Source: Dictyostelium discoideum (taxonomy: Eukaryota). From it: 64,000 nucleotides of DNA. Both the position numbers and the translations under genes were made by a program. Positions 49,116 to 62,486 of the stretch are shown piece by piece. The notes under the pieces were generated by a model. That model did not search any database and was not told the DNA's origin. It saw only the letters and a list, made by a program, of their open reading frames with translations. Position 1 is the first letter of the stretch. Each line of letters opens with the position of its first letter. Location of the stretch: contig CM000151.3 in the NCBI GenBank assembly GCA_000004695.1, forward strand, positions 6,528,001 to 6,592,000, written 5' to 3'.

Positions 49116-50232
49116 TTAAAAATTAATATTTAATAATATTATTAATATTAATAACAAGAAATTTGGTAAAAGTTTTAAAGAATTTGATTCAATATTTTCA
49201 TTTTCATTTAGTACCAACATTTCTTTTGACTCTTTTGCAAAGATATAATTTGGTTTTTGGATATATTGTTGGCAATATGATGGAATAAAGTTTTGAGAGT
49301 TTGGAGATGGTTGTTTTGTTGGAGTTTGAGTATTTGAATTTTGATTGTTTGAAGTTTGTTGAGAATTAAATGTTTGAGGTTTATAATTAATTGGATTATT
49401 TTCATTTAAATTGGAACAAGATGTTGAAAATTGGCCTGAAGTTTCATAAACTTTTCTGCTTTCTACTTTTGGAATAGTTACATAAATAAATTCTCCACCA
49501 ATTGATTCGATTCTAACATGAAATTGTCCACCAGTAATACTTGTTGGCCAGTAGTTATATGTGGTTTGGGATAGTGGAACAAATTGATTACTATTTGATA
49601 ATTTAATTGAAACTTGTTTAATTATAACTTTACTATTGAATACAAAGAAAGATGTCCAAAAATCATTACTACCATCTTTCATCATAATTTTAACATTTCC
49701 TGAAACTTCACATGGTACTTTTACATATGATAATCCATCTAATACACCTTGAGATTGTGGCCCCAAAATTGAAAATGCAGCTGGTGATAAATCAAAATGG
49801 TTATCTCTTTGACAATAACCTGCATCATGACATGAATCAGTTGCCATTACTGTAACTGAAGCATTTTTAGAATTTGAAATTTTAAAACATTGACCACATT
49901 GAGCACCTTAAAATAATATTAATAATAATTTATTAAAAAGGTAATAAAAAAAAGAAATGTTAAAATTTTCTTATTATTATTATTTTTTTATTTCTTAAAA
50001 AATAATAATAAATACCATTTTGATAAAGTTTTGATCCAAGAGCTGCAATCATATAGTTACCAGGACCCAATGGACCATTTAATTTTTCAAATCCACAATT
50101 ACCTGCATCGATAGCAGTATAAAAAGTTGCAGATGCCCCATTAATTATACTTTGGCTAAATGGACATGATTGTGCACTGATTAAAATAAATTTTACAATC
50201 GAAAGAACCAAAAAGATAGTATTGAATTTCAT
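49116..50232 (-). CDS. Expansin-like protein (DPBB domain with GxCGxC and HFD motifs) with a signal peptide and a C-terminal hydrophobic tail (GPI signal or TM), ~335 aa; two exons 50232..50016 and 49906..49116
   Basis: Exon 1 is MKFNTIFLVLSIVKFILISAQSCPFSQS..TFYTAIDAGNCGFEKLNGPLGPGNYMIAALGSKLYQNG. A phase-1 intron follows, with donor G|GTATTT at 50015 and acceptor TTTTAAG| at 49907-08. Exon 2 is (G)AQCGQCFKISNSKNASVTVMATDSCHDAGYCQRDNHFDLSPAAFSILG.. and ends ..SNSLKLLPNFLLLILIILLNINF*. Confidence 0.7.
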
Positions 50233-51133
50233 TTTTATTAATTTTTTTTTTTATAAAATACAATTTTAATAATTTACAATTTTTTTTTTTTTTTATTTAA
50301 ATGATTAGATTATAATTTTTTAAATGATATTTTAAAAAAAAAAATTTGTTTAAATAATTTTTTTTTTTTAATTTTTTAAAAAAAAAATAAAATAAATTAA
50401 AAATAAATAAATAATATAAAATAATAATAATAATTTTATAATAAAACATTTGATTATTTTGTCAAAGGAGACAATTATTTACTTGCATATCAATTGTACA
50501 AATAGTGATAATTTAAGAAATTGAATACCGATTTATTTTGAAGGATCAGATAATAAAACAAATATATATTATCAATATTAGTTTTTTTTTTTTTTTTTTT
50601 TTTTAATTTGTTTTTAAAAAAAAAATTTTCATTTTACAAAACCACAAATTATTATTATCTATCTGTCATTACCACACCCCACATAAATTCAATCAGTTAT
50701 TTTTTTTTTTATAACATTCCCAATTTCAATATTTAAAATTATAATAAAGAAATAATAATTTTAAAATTAAAAAAACCATGTTCAAATTTGATCAAATAAA
50801 AAATCAAATAATTTATAATAAAATATTATAATTTTAATTCATTTTTTTTATTTTTTTTATTTTATGTTTCAAGTAAGTTTTTTTATACTATTTTATAATA
50901 AAAAAAATAAAATAATAATAGATAAAACCAATATCTAATTTTTAAACCATTTTAAAAAAAAAAAAAAAAAATAAAAAATAATAATATTAATAGTTTTTTA
51001 TCTTTTAAATAAAAAAAAAAAAAAAAAAAAAGAAAAATGTTATCGCAATTAAATAAAATTATCTTTTTATTTTATTTTTTTAATTCTTTTAACTTTTTTT
51101 TTTTTTTTTTTTTTTTTTTATCAATTGACATTT

Positions 51134-52494
51134 TTAAAGGAAATATAATTTATCAGATAAATCTTTATCAACATTACGACCAACAGTTCTACCAATTAAA
51201 AATGCCATTTTATGAGCAAATTGACAACTTGCTGGTACACGAACAGATTTTTCAAAATTGAAATAAAGATGACACATTTGGAAAGTAAAGAATTGGAATA
51301 AATCAGCAGCCATTTGATGTTCATCCAATAAGACATGGTAATGAGTTGGATTGATTGAACCTTTGAAAGCAACTTGAGAGACCAAAAAGAAATCGTACCA
51401 ATTTTGATGGGTAATCTTTGAATCGATTAAAGTACCTGGTGGAGGATTTGCTTTTTGATTATCGTTTGTAAAGAAACGAGCGTTTGTATTCTTTTTAACG
51501 ATAGTGTAAACCAATTTTGGTTTAGTACCCCAAGAAGAAGGAGTTTCGGCAAAACCTTTTTTCATTGCGGCAATTTCAGTCTTATTGACGAGATCCAACA
51601 TACCATCACCAACACCATCACGATAAACAATCACCAATTCTGGTAAACAATTGTTATGGTTAAAGTAGCTTTTCATAGCTTCTTTGGTGGCGTCCTCAAG
51701 GGAATGAATAATTTCTTTACCAGGACGTTCTTGAGCGTAAGCACGAGAGAAAAACTTTTGGAATTTATCATCGATGGTTGCAACGAAACCAACCACTGAA
51801 TGACCTTTCATATCTGAATTGTGACCAACATCGACACCAATGACCATGGTTTTCTTTGGTACACCCTTGTAGATATCTTGACCGAGACCCCATGGTGCTA
51901 AACCTAACTTGGCAACCACTTGTTGTTTCAATTTGACAGAGACTGGTCTACCTTTATCAAAGGTTCTAGAAAAGATACATTGAGTTAAAACTCTGAATTG
52001 GATCAATGACTTCATTTTGATACCTTTGTAAACTTCTGCATTATTTTGAGGAATAATAATCAAAAAGAAGCTAACACCTTTTTTGACATATTGTTCCATA
52101 ATATCAGTGTAAATGGTTGATTTAATATCACGGGAACTCTTTGGAAGTACTGGATGATGAATAGTTGGTGGTTGTAATTGACTTTCTCTAAGGAAAAGAT
52201 CAAGATTCTTTTGACACTCACCTCTTTGGAAATCAAGTTGTTCAACAATGAATACCCATTTAACATTTCTCAATGCATTGGCGTTATTAATTGGAACATT
52301 CTTTGGTGCTTGTAATACACAACCTTCAACTTTTAAAGCTGGTTGATAAGAAATACCCCATGATTCCAACTCTTTTGAAATTGTTGGATTTGTATTAAAT
52401 CCATTAACAAAATTATTTAAATTATCAATTCTTTTATATGGTTCAACATTTGATTCTTCTGCTAAATCTTTCATAATATGAAAATCTTTACGCA

Positions 52495-52538
<44 letters not shown>

Positions 52539-54276
52539 TAATATTAATATATTTTTTTTTTAAAAATATGTATTTAAAATATATATTTTAATAAAATTTT
52601 TAAAACTTACTTCATCATTTAAACCAGTTAAATAAGTTAATTCTGGAACTAAATAAATTGTTTGTTTCATACCTCTCATTTTAACTTCAGATTTTAATAA
52701 TGGTTGATTTAAATCGGTGATTTTATATTTTGGATAATTCTTTTGATAATATTGTAAAAAGGTAGTTGAACCTTCCATAATATCGGTAACCTTTGAATTT
52801 TTACCTTGCCATGAAATACCAGAGATACGATAAGTTTTATTATTATAACGAGTTAAAACAATTGAATTTACAATTTCAGCGGTGCATCTATTGGTATTAT
52901 TATTTAAATATCTAATTCTTTCCAATACAGTCTGAGATCTAACAACTTTGGTAGTTGAATCACATAATAACATTGTACCAGCTTCAGTTGGAATAACTGA
53001 TGTACTAAAACCTTTCCAAACTTCTAAAAAGTGTTTTGGTACATCTCTTTTACCAACTGATGTATAATAATTTCTACCCATTAATGAATATCCCATTGAT
53101 CTCATAAACTAATAAAAAAAAATAAATAAAAAAATTTAATAATTAATTATTTATATATTAATATATATTTATAAATTTATATTTATAAAAACCTACAGAT
53201 TTGGTTAAAACATTAAAGAATTGAGTAATTGATTTATCAGTATGATCAAATTCTTTTGCTAATTTAATTAAAATTTGAACTCCATCAACATTTTGAGAAT
53301 TAATTTGAATCTTTTTAGCAGAGAATAATAAAGAATCACCATCATATTTAGTAAAGATTAAAGAATTTGCAGCTAGGAATTCTTTCATAACCTTGAATCT
53401 TCTATCTCTTGCAACTTGTGGTGGATCGTAATCAATACGATAGAGGAATAAACTTCTATTTTGTCTTACTTGAACTGGGAAGAAATTTGTAATAACAGAA
53501 ATTGGTTGACTTTGAATTGATCTTGGTTTTGCTGGGACAATTGCAATATTTTCAATATCATCATCTTTGACTAAATCTTTTCTTGAAATTGTTGGAACCT
53601 GTGCTGCTGCTGGTGAACTTGATGAAGTGGTAGTAGTAGTGGTAGTGGTTGTTTGTTGTTGTTGTTGTTGTTGCTGTTGTTGTTGTGGTTGTTGTTGTGG
53701 TTGAAGATTTTGTGGTGGCTGCTTACCCCAAGAACCACTTGGTTGTTTTGGTTGACCTTGTTGTGGACCTTGTTGTGGGCCCCTTTGTTGTTGTTGACCT
53801 TGTTGTTGACCTTGTTGTGGACCTCTTTGTTGTTGTTGACCTTGTTGTGGGTGACCTTGTTGTGGGTGACCTTGTTGTGGACCTCTTTGTTGTTGTTGTG
53901 GGTGACCTTGTTGTGGACCTCTTTGTTGTTGTTGTGGGTTACCTTGTTGTTGACCTTGTTGTTGTGGACCTCTTTGTTGTTGACCTTGTTGTGGGTGACC
54001 TTGTTGTTGGCCTTGTGGGTGACCTTGTGGGTGACCTTGTTGATGGAAACCTGGTGGTGGACCTCTTGGTTGTTGTTGTTGTTGTTGTTGTTGTGGTTGT
54101 TGTTGTTGTTGTTGTTGTGGTTGTTGTTGTTGTTGGAAACCTGGTGGTGGACCTCTTGGTTGTTGTTGTTGTTGTTGATGTTGTGGTTGTTGTTGGAAAC
54201 CTGGTGGTGGTTTTACGCCTCCTGCTGGATTTGGTTGGTTTGGTTCATCTTGTATGTTTGGTTTTTTAGGACCCAT
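51134..54276 (-). CDS. Argonaute/Piwi-family protein (~979 aa): Gln/Gly-Pro-rich repeat N-terminus, PAZ and Piwi domains; three exons 54276..53197, 53108..52611 and 52495..51134
   Basis: Exon 1 is MGPKKPNIQDEP.. with (QGHPQQG)n repeats and ends ..NVLTKS|GTAGGT. Exon 2 (FMRSMGYSLMG..EVWKGFSTSVIPTEAGTMLLCDSTTKV..PAZ..TYLTGLNDE|GTAAGT) is phase 0. Exon 3 begins after AAAAAG| and reads MRKDFHIMKDL... The Piwi catalytic-triad context is present: GVDVGH, IVYRDGVGDG and NPTHYHVLLDE. The C-terminus is ..QFAHKMAFLIGRTVGR..KLYFL*. Confidence 0.75.
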
Positions 54277-54740
54277 GTTAATTGGATTAAGAAAAATATA
54301 TATATATATATAAATAAAACAATTATTTTATTTAAATATGTATCTTTTAATTAAATAATGTTTAGTGGAAAAAAAAAAAAGTTAAAAAAAAAAAATTAAA
54401 ACGTCAGAATCTTGAAAAAAAAAAAAAAAAAAATGAAAAAAAATAAAATATTTTGAAAAAAATTCGCGCTGACTTTTCAAAGATTTTTTTTTTTTTGGAT
54501 TATGTTTTAGAAAAAAAGATCTGAAAAATTGTTTTTATTAATGGTAAGGTATACTATTTTCATATTTTTGTCTTTGAATTCAATTATTTTAAAAAAAAAA
54601 ATATATATAAGTGATTTGTTTTGATTTTTTAATTTTTTTTAAATAAATGAATAAAATTAGGGATTTAATTATTATATTTTTTTTTTTTTAATAGCATAAA
54701 AAATTATTTTAGTGATTAAAAGTTTCAATCTGGCAAAATT

Positions 54741-54755
54741 TGGGTGGGAGGGGGA
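54741..54755. promoter_or_regulatory. G-box-like element TGGGTGGGAGGGGGA in the ~670-bp spacer upstream of the Argonaute gene and downstream of the guanylyl-cyclase gene
   Basis: It is an isolated 15-mer of G/purine in AT-rich DNA, about 465 bp 5' of the Argonaute ATG. The gene is on the minus strand, so upstream means higher coordinates. Confidence 0.25.
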
Positions 54756-54942
54756 GAAATCTAAATAAATTAAAATAATTTAAAATCAAAAAAATTGATT
54801 AAATAAAGTAGATTTTTAAGTTTAATTTTTAAAAAATACATAAATACTATTTTACAATTGTTTATTATTTTTTTTTTTGGTTTCTTTTTTTTTTCTTTTT
54901 TTGAAATTTTTCTATTTAGTTTTTTTTTTTTTTTTCTTCTAA

Positions 54943-57727
54943 TTATTCTTTCCAAAATTTAATACCAATCTTTTTTAGAATATCTTTTTTTGCGCCATTA
55001 TTTGATGGTTGATTTGGAGGTGAAAATTGTTGAGATGTTATTGAATTTGGTGATTGTGGTGATTGAGGTGATTGTGGTGATTGTGGTGATTGTGGTGATT
55101 GAGGTGATTGTTGATCACTACTACCATTATAGGAATTATTTGAACCAGAAGATGAACTAGATAAATCTTGAGATGATACTGTTCTGAGTGGTTGAGATGA
55201 ATTTACATTTTCATGAACACTAACAGGTCTAGATCTACTACTTCCGATTTGAACTGAAGGTTGTGTTGTTCCAGTATCAGCAGCAGTATAATGGAAATCA
55301 CTAATTGAATGTTGTGGTGATAATACAGGAGATTTTATATCTTGACCACCATTGGCTTGTTGATAATTACCAATACCACCAACACTATAACGCTTATTTA
55401 TTGGACTATTATTACCACTTGGTGAACCACTACCACCACTATTATTATTATTTGAATTATTATTATTATTATTTGGATTATGAATACAAACAAAATCAAA
55501 AGACATACCAAGTTTTTGACATTTTTCTTTTGCTTCTTTTAATGCAGATAAATTATTTTGATCATCAGATTCACGATAACCTAAAGCAAACATTAAAGTT
55601 TTAACCAAAAGTAATCTTGGTTGACCAATTGGGAAAGTTTCAGCAAATCTTTCCAAAATGGTTATGGAATCATTAATTTCGGTGACTAATCTTGATTTGG
55701 GGACAGTGACAGCAGTAGCAGAGATATGTTGATGATTTTGTAAGATTTTAATGAGTACCAAAGGTAAACCAGTGTAAGCTTCATACATTGAAAAGTTATT
55801 GGCATCACATTTACTAATGATAATTGAAACACGTCTACAACAATCATAAGCCAATTGCCAATCTTTTTCATTGATTGCAATTTGAGCTTTTAGAATGGTA
55901 TAGTTTGCATGAGCAGAATTCGATAGCTCTTTAATTGACAATAGGTCAACCAAACGTTCAATATCTTGTAGAATGGTATGACAACGTTGGAATTGTCTCT
56001 CGTAAAATAATGCACAACCTTCCACTGTTAGAGCCAATATTTGATTATGATTATCACCACGATTTCTTGCACTCTCCAAAGCTTTAGTGGTTTGTTGATA
56101 GATTAATGATAACTTTCCACCATTGCTACCCAATAAAAGGTAACAAACCGATAAGAATATATTGGATTCTTCCATCAACTTTTTATCACCCGTTTTATGT
56201 GATGCCTCGATCGATTTCTTATAACCACTTTCTGCCTCTTCCCATCTACCTAAACCAGACATATAAATACCCCAACTTTGATGACTATTACCATAAACAA
56301 ATCCATTTGTTTGATCCATTTTAGATAATACTTCTGCATAATATTTTAAAGGTGTTGATGAATCACCATTATTACCTAAAACACGTATACCAATTGAATA
56401 TGCTTCAGCTTGTAAATTCCAATCTGTTAATGATGTTTGTACTGTTGTTGTCGTTGTTGTTGTTGAACTTGATGATAGTTCATTATTATTTGAACTATTA
56501 TTATTATTATTATTATTATTATTGTTATTATTATTATTATTATTATTACTATTATTATTACCTAAACTATTAAATAATCTATTTTTAATACTACTATGAC
56601 TATTATCAAATGAAAGTTGTAATGAAACATAAGAACACCAAGAATCTAAAGTTTTTGAACAATCATGTAATGAAATTTTACTTTGAACGAATAAACATAA
56701 AATTGCTTCTCTCTTTTCTAACATATCTAAATTACAAGAAAAGAATTTTGTAGCTGAATCTTGTCTTACAGCTGCTTTTGCCAAAGTTCTTAATTTTGGT
56801 TTACTTGCACCACTTGAATAATCTTTTGGTGTTGGTGGTTCAAGACCTAAATATTTCAATGCATTCAATAAATGATAAGATGCTTGTCTAAATCTACCAA
56901 CATTAAATAATGCTAAACCTAATTTTCTAGTTATTGATATAATTTCAATTGGTACTTTTTTAAATCCTAAACTAACTAAATCTGCTAATGTTGGTGGATT
57001 TAATATTGTATTATTATTGTTATTGTTATTGTTATTATTATTATTATTTTTATCCTTTTCTTTATCTTTTTCTTTCTCTTTCTCTTTCTCTTTTTCTTTT
57101 TCTTTTTCTTTATCCTTATCTTTTTCTTTTTCTTTATCTTTATCTTTTATATCTTCACCTAAATTACTAAGTGAATTATTATTACTATTATTATTACTAT
57201 TATTATTACTATTATTATTATTTGAATTACTATTTACTAAATTTGAATTATTTGAATCCATTAAATCTTGAAATGAAATATTATTTGGATTATTTGAATT
57301 TGAAGAGATACTAACAGCATCTTTTAAATTTTGAGAGGAAGAACGACGATGTAATTTTTTATGAATTTTAACTTCTTCCTCTGCAATGAATTCTTGTTCC
57401 ATACATTTTAGAGCAAGTTGAAAGAATTTAATTGCCTCTTTATTATTATTTTCAGCTTGGGCCAAAACACCAGCTTTCGTTGCGTATTCAATGGTTTTTG
57501 AATTATTTTGAGCTGAATGATAATGATGAACCAATGAAATGAATAAAGAATGTTGTGGTGTACAAGTATCCTCTAAAACTTTAGCAATCTTTTGATGAAG
57601 CTCCCTTCTTTGTGAGAATAACATTAAATCGTAAATTACTTCTTGTGTACGAGTATGATGAAATGAGTATAATAAATTATTATTAATAATTGAAGTTGGA
57701 GTTGATGGTTGTTCATTAGCATTATTA

Positions 57728-57759
<32 letters not shown>

Positions 57760-60398
57760 GTTATTGTTATTATTAATATTTGGTTGTGATGCTAATAATA
57801 AAACATTATTAGTTTTATATGAACTATGATCAGCTTGATTATTTAATAATTGTTTTTGAAGTTGTTGTTGTTGTTGTAATTGTTGAAGTAATTGTTGTTG
57901 AGTATTAATAGTTGTTGATTTAATGAAATCCAATCTTTCCAATACAGCTAAATCTTTTGCTAAATCTTGTTTACTAATTGCATCCAATGGTAGAATACGA
58001 TGAAGTGAATCAACAGTAAAAGGCATACCAATTACAGAGGCAATTTTCAACTCCAATTGTTGAATGGGTGATAATCTATCGACTCTACTAGTGATCAATG
58101 ATGTTACAGTACGTGGTAATGATAGTCTAACATGGTCAATTGCCTCTTTAGGATTAATGAATCTTGAAGATGCTTCATCGATTAGTCCATTTGAAATTAG
58201 ACCATTCACCATCTCCTCAATTACAAAATGATTACCTTGTGAACGATTATAGATCTCTTCAATGATTTCATCTGGTATACCACTTTCATCACTTGGAAAA
58301 TCTAACATTCTCTCTACCAATAGTGTGGTTTCAACCTTACCATTCAATGGTTCCAATTGAATTTTCGTTACCAACTCTGTTGGTAATTGACTGAATCCAT
58401 AGGGTATACCATCTTTTGAGGGACGTAATGAAATGATTATTAAACAATTTGCTAAATTTTTAACAGCATTCAATGTTAATGTCCAACTTGCACTGTCCAT
58501 AAATTGTGCATCATCAATTACAATAATACTACCAGTTGGTATTGCTTTTGTTAAAATTTTCATCATTGTCAATTGTAATGATTCTGCTCTTTGTTGTGCT
58601 GAATATCTACGATTCTCTTTTAATTCTTCTGATGTTAATTTAATAACTGATGTTTGTAATTGATTTTGTTCAACTATTGGTAATTTTTCATTATTTTCAT
58701 TGCCATTATTATTATTATTATTGATTATATTTATATCTAAAACTTGATTTAATAATTGAATTTGAGTAAAATTAAAATCAGAAAATGATTGATAACCATT
58801 AATTGATTCATCTTTTAAAAATTGTAATAAAATTTGTTTCCAAATATAAAATGAGATTGATTCAGACATTTGAATACCACTTGCTTTAAACATTTTTAAA
58901 TCCATACAAAATGAATATTTAATTTCAGAGATTAATCTAGATTTACCTAAACCAGCTTCAGCTTCAATGATTGCGACATGAGTTGGACCAGAATTACTTG
59001 TGATTTGATCGATTATATTTGCCATTTGACGTAATTGAGTGTGTCTTCCAATGATACCTTTATTCTTTATCATATGACGTGGTGATGAATTTTTCATTGA
59101 TTGTAATTTTTTAATTGGTTTATAAACATTGATTGGGGCAACTTTACCCTTGACTTTGATTGGATTTGCCAATTTAACAAATTCAATCATTTTTGCAGTT
59201 TTCGAGGTTTCTTCATCACAAAGTACACCACCTTGTGAATGTGACATTAAACGTGCTGCCAAGTTTACAATATCACCAACCACGGCATATTCCCTACGTT
59301 CATCACTACCAACATCACCACAAAAACATTTACCAGTGGTGATACCAACCGATGAAATCACTGCCAATTTGAAAACATTTACCACAATCTCCATTGCAGC
59401 TTCAACTGCACGTGATGGATCGTCCTCATGTGAATAAGGTGGTACACCCCATGCTGCTATCAGGACACAACCCTTATCATCCACTATAAATTGACGAACT
59501 GTACCTTCATGTTTATAAACTATCGCTTGACTTTCAAATACAATATTTTGAAGTTTATCTAAATCTGTGTCTGGATTTGGAGTACCATAGGATAAATTCA
59601 TAAATAACACAGTGATATAACGTAACTCTGCCAAATAATCATTTTTGAATTGATTGTGAACTGCATTTGGTACGAATCTTTTCAAAGAATCCTCCATATC
59701 CATTAGTAGTGGTAACTCTTGTAAGAATTTATGATTGATTTGAGAGCCAACCATGGTTGAGAGGAAATCGAAATCATTGATTAAATCTTTCTCCAAAAGG
59801 GTTGTTATCGATTCCAATTTGTAGTTATGTTTTTGTTTCTTTTGTGAAAAGGTTGCATATGGTTTCATCTTTTCTTGAGTGGCTGGTGATACATAGATCT
59901 CCCCAGACTCTGCCTCCTTTTCACATAGAGTAGCTTGAATTAATGCTTCACCACAAATTAAAAACTCTACTTTCTCTTTACAACCACCAACGTAAACCCC
60001 ACTAATATCACCACATCCAATACCAATATGCAATGTTAAGAATCCACCTGGCACTGGGAAATTATGTAACTTCTTTTGTAATGCCAATGAACATTCACAT
60101 GCAATTCTAACCCTATTTATCAACTCTCCATTGGTTGGCCAATGTGCTAATACTGCATCACCTGCAAACTTTACAATATCACCTCCAAATCCTTTCACTA
60201 TCTTTATCAGTATTGTAAAATATGAATTTAAATTCTTTGTTAATAATTCAACACCTTCTTTACCATGATTACCTAATCTTTCTGTTAGTGATGTAAATCC
60301 TGAAATATCTGCAAATAATACACATGATGAATATCTATTTTTTAAAAAAAAAAAAAAAAAAAAAAAAGTTAAAATTTTTGTTTTCTCTTATTATTAAC

Positions 60399-60497
<99 letters not shown>

Positions 60498-61163
60498 TAC
60501 TTTTCTAAATGTGGTGGTACAATTGGAGTTGCAGAAGCTAATAAACCTTTAATAACTAAATTTGAAACATAACTACCTAAAGAAGTGATTTGATGTCTTT
60601 GTTTTTCATCTAATGGTACTTGATCTTGACGTTCTCTATGAGTTGAACCTTCTAACCAAAATTGATTAAAACTATTTCTTTGTTGGTGTTCATCATTTTG
60701 TTTCATTGAACGTAAATGTTTTGAAAATATTGACAAACCAATTTTATTTTGTTTTGATAAATCTTTTGGTTTTAATAATTGTTTTTTTGATAATACATCT
60801 TCTGATGCTCCTAAAATTTGATTTAATTTCTTATTATTACTATTATTAATACTTGTACCTAAATTACCGCTATTATTATTTGTTGATGTTGATGTTGTTG
60901 TTGTTGAATCATTTAATTTTGATATATTTAATTCTGGTACTTTAAATCCATATGTTACAGTTTGTTGATCATTATTTGATACCACCACCGACATTGGTGA
61001 TGTATTTCCATTATTATTATTATTTACATTATTATATCTATCCATTTCCTCGTTATTATCAATTGTATTTAAAAGGTCATAAATTAAATTTTGATTTTGT
61101 ACAGTGTCGGTTGTGTTTGTTATTGCTGTTGTTGTTGTGGTGGTGGTGGTGGTTGTGGTTGTT

Positions 61164-61219
<56 letters not shown>

Positions 61220-62455
61220 TGGTGATGAAATTGGTATAAGATCACTAATTCTTTCAAGTGAAGTTGATGGTGATATCTTTGAGTGTGATGATGATGATGG
61301 TGAAGTTACAGGTGATGATACAGGTGATATAATTGGAGAGGATATAGGTGATAATATAGGTGTCGTTGGACGACTTTTACTACTACTACTACTATTGCTA
61401 TTGTTATTATTTATACTATCTAATTTATCTGATTTATCTTTTACTTTTGAATTTAATTTAAATATTGATTTTATTGGACTTGAAGATGTTTTATCATGAT
61501 TTTTTGACTCTAATGATTTTGGATGATGTGGTGGTTTGGATTTAGTTGTTTTACTATTACTTAAACTATTAATATTTAAACCTGTCGTTGAAGTTGGATT
61601 TGAAGTCGTTGGATTTTCGATTACTATTTTTGAATTAAATTAATTTTAAAATAATTAAATTTTAAAAAAAAAAATTAAAAAAAAAAAAAAAAAAGAAGAA
61701 ATAAAAATAAATAAAAATAAAATTAATTGATATTAATATTAAATTTTAATATTGTAATTTAAAATTTTATATTGATTGGATTGGATTGGATTTGATTTGG
61801 AACTGAATAAAAAAAATAAAAAAAAAAAATAAAAAAAAAAAACAAAATAAAATAAAAAAAAAAATAAAATAAAAAAAAAAAAAATGGCGAGTTTATTTGA
61901 ATGTCTATTTTTGATTATAATATGGATGTTGTTGGGTTTGTTTTGTTTTTTTTTTTTTTTTTATAAAAATTTAATTTTGATTTTTTGATTTTGATTTTTT
62001 TTTTTTTTTTTTGTAGTTTTTTTTTTTTTTAATGTATTTAAATAAAATTATTACTTTAAAAAAAAAAATTGTAGGTGTTGGTATTTTTGGTTTGTTTGTG
62101 GTGATGTTGTATTTTGTTTGGTTATAAAATAATAATTTAAAATTATAATAAATAATTATAATAATAATAAATAATAATAATTATAAAATAAAAATAAATG
62201 ATTATTTGTGTAATAATTTTTTTTTAAGTAGGTTACCTATATTATATGTATTTTTGATTATAAATTATTTTTTTTGATTTTTGATGTGATTTTGGGGTAG
62301 AGGTGGTTTTTTTTTTTTTATAAAAAAAATAAAATAAAATTGAAAAAAAAAAAAAAAATTTTGAAAATGAGATTTGATGTGTGAATCAAAAAAAAAAAAA
62401 AAAACTTTTTGGTGTGTAAAAATATCTTTTACAAGATTATATGAAAAAAAAAAAA

Positions 62456-62486
<31 letters not shown>

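Noticed and set aside
53649-54354. Plus-strand ORFs of 206 and 233 aa made of poly-V/L/W
   Set aside because: They are antisense read-through of the (CAA/CAG/GGT)n Gln/Gly-rich N-terminal repeats of the minus-strand Argonaute gene. They have no start context and an absurd composition.
55305-59437. Multiple short plus-strand ORFs (e.g. 56352..56573 poly-Y, 57017..57271 poly-L/SF, 58433..58663, 59129..59437)
   Set aside because: They are antisense to the 5.4-kb cyclase exon. The poly-Y/poly-L runs are the complements of coding (AAT)n/(GAA/AAG)n repeats.
60324-60572. Plus ORF with a 40-residue poly-N
   Set aside because: It is the translation of the intronic (AAT)33 microsatellite on the non-gene strand.
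61884-61990. Plus-strand small ORF MASLFECLFLIIIWMLLGLFCFFFFF..
   Set aside because: It is only 35 codons and composed of T/G-rich low complexity inside the cyclase intron. It is more likely part of the G/T-rich intronic islands than a gene.
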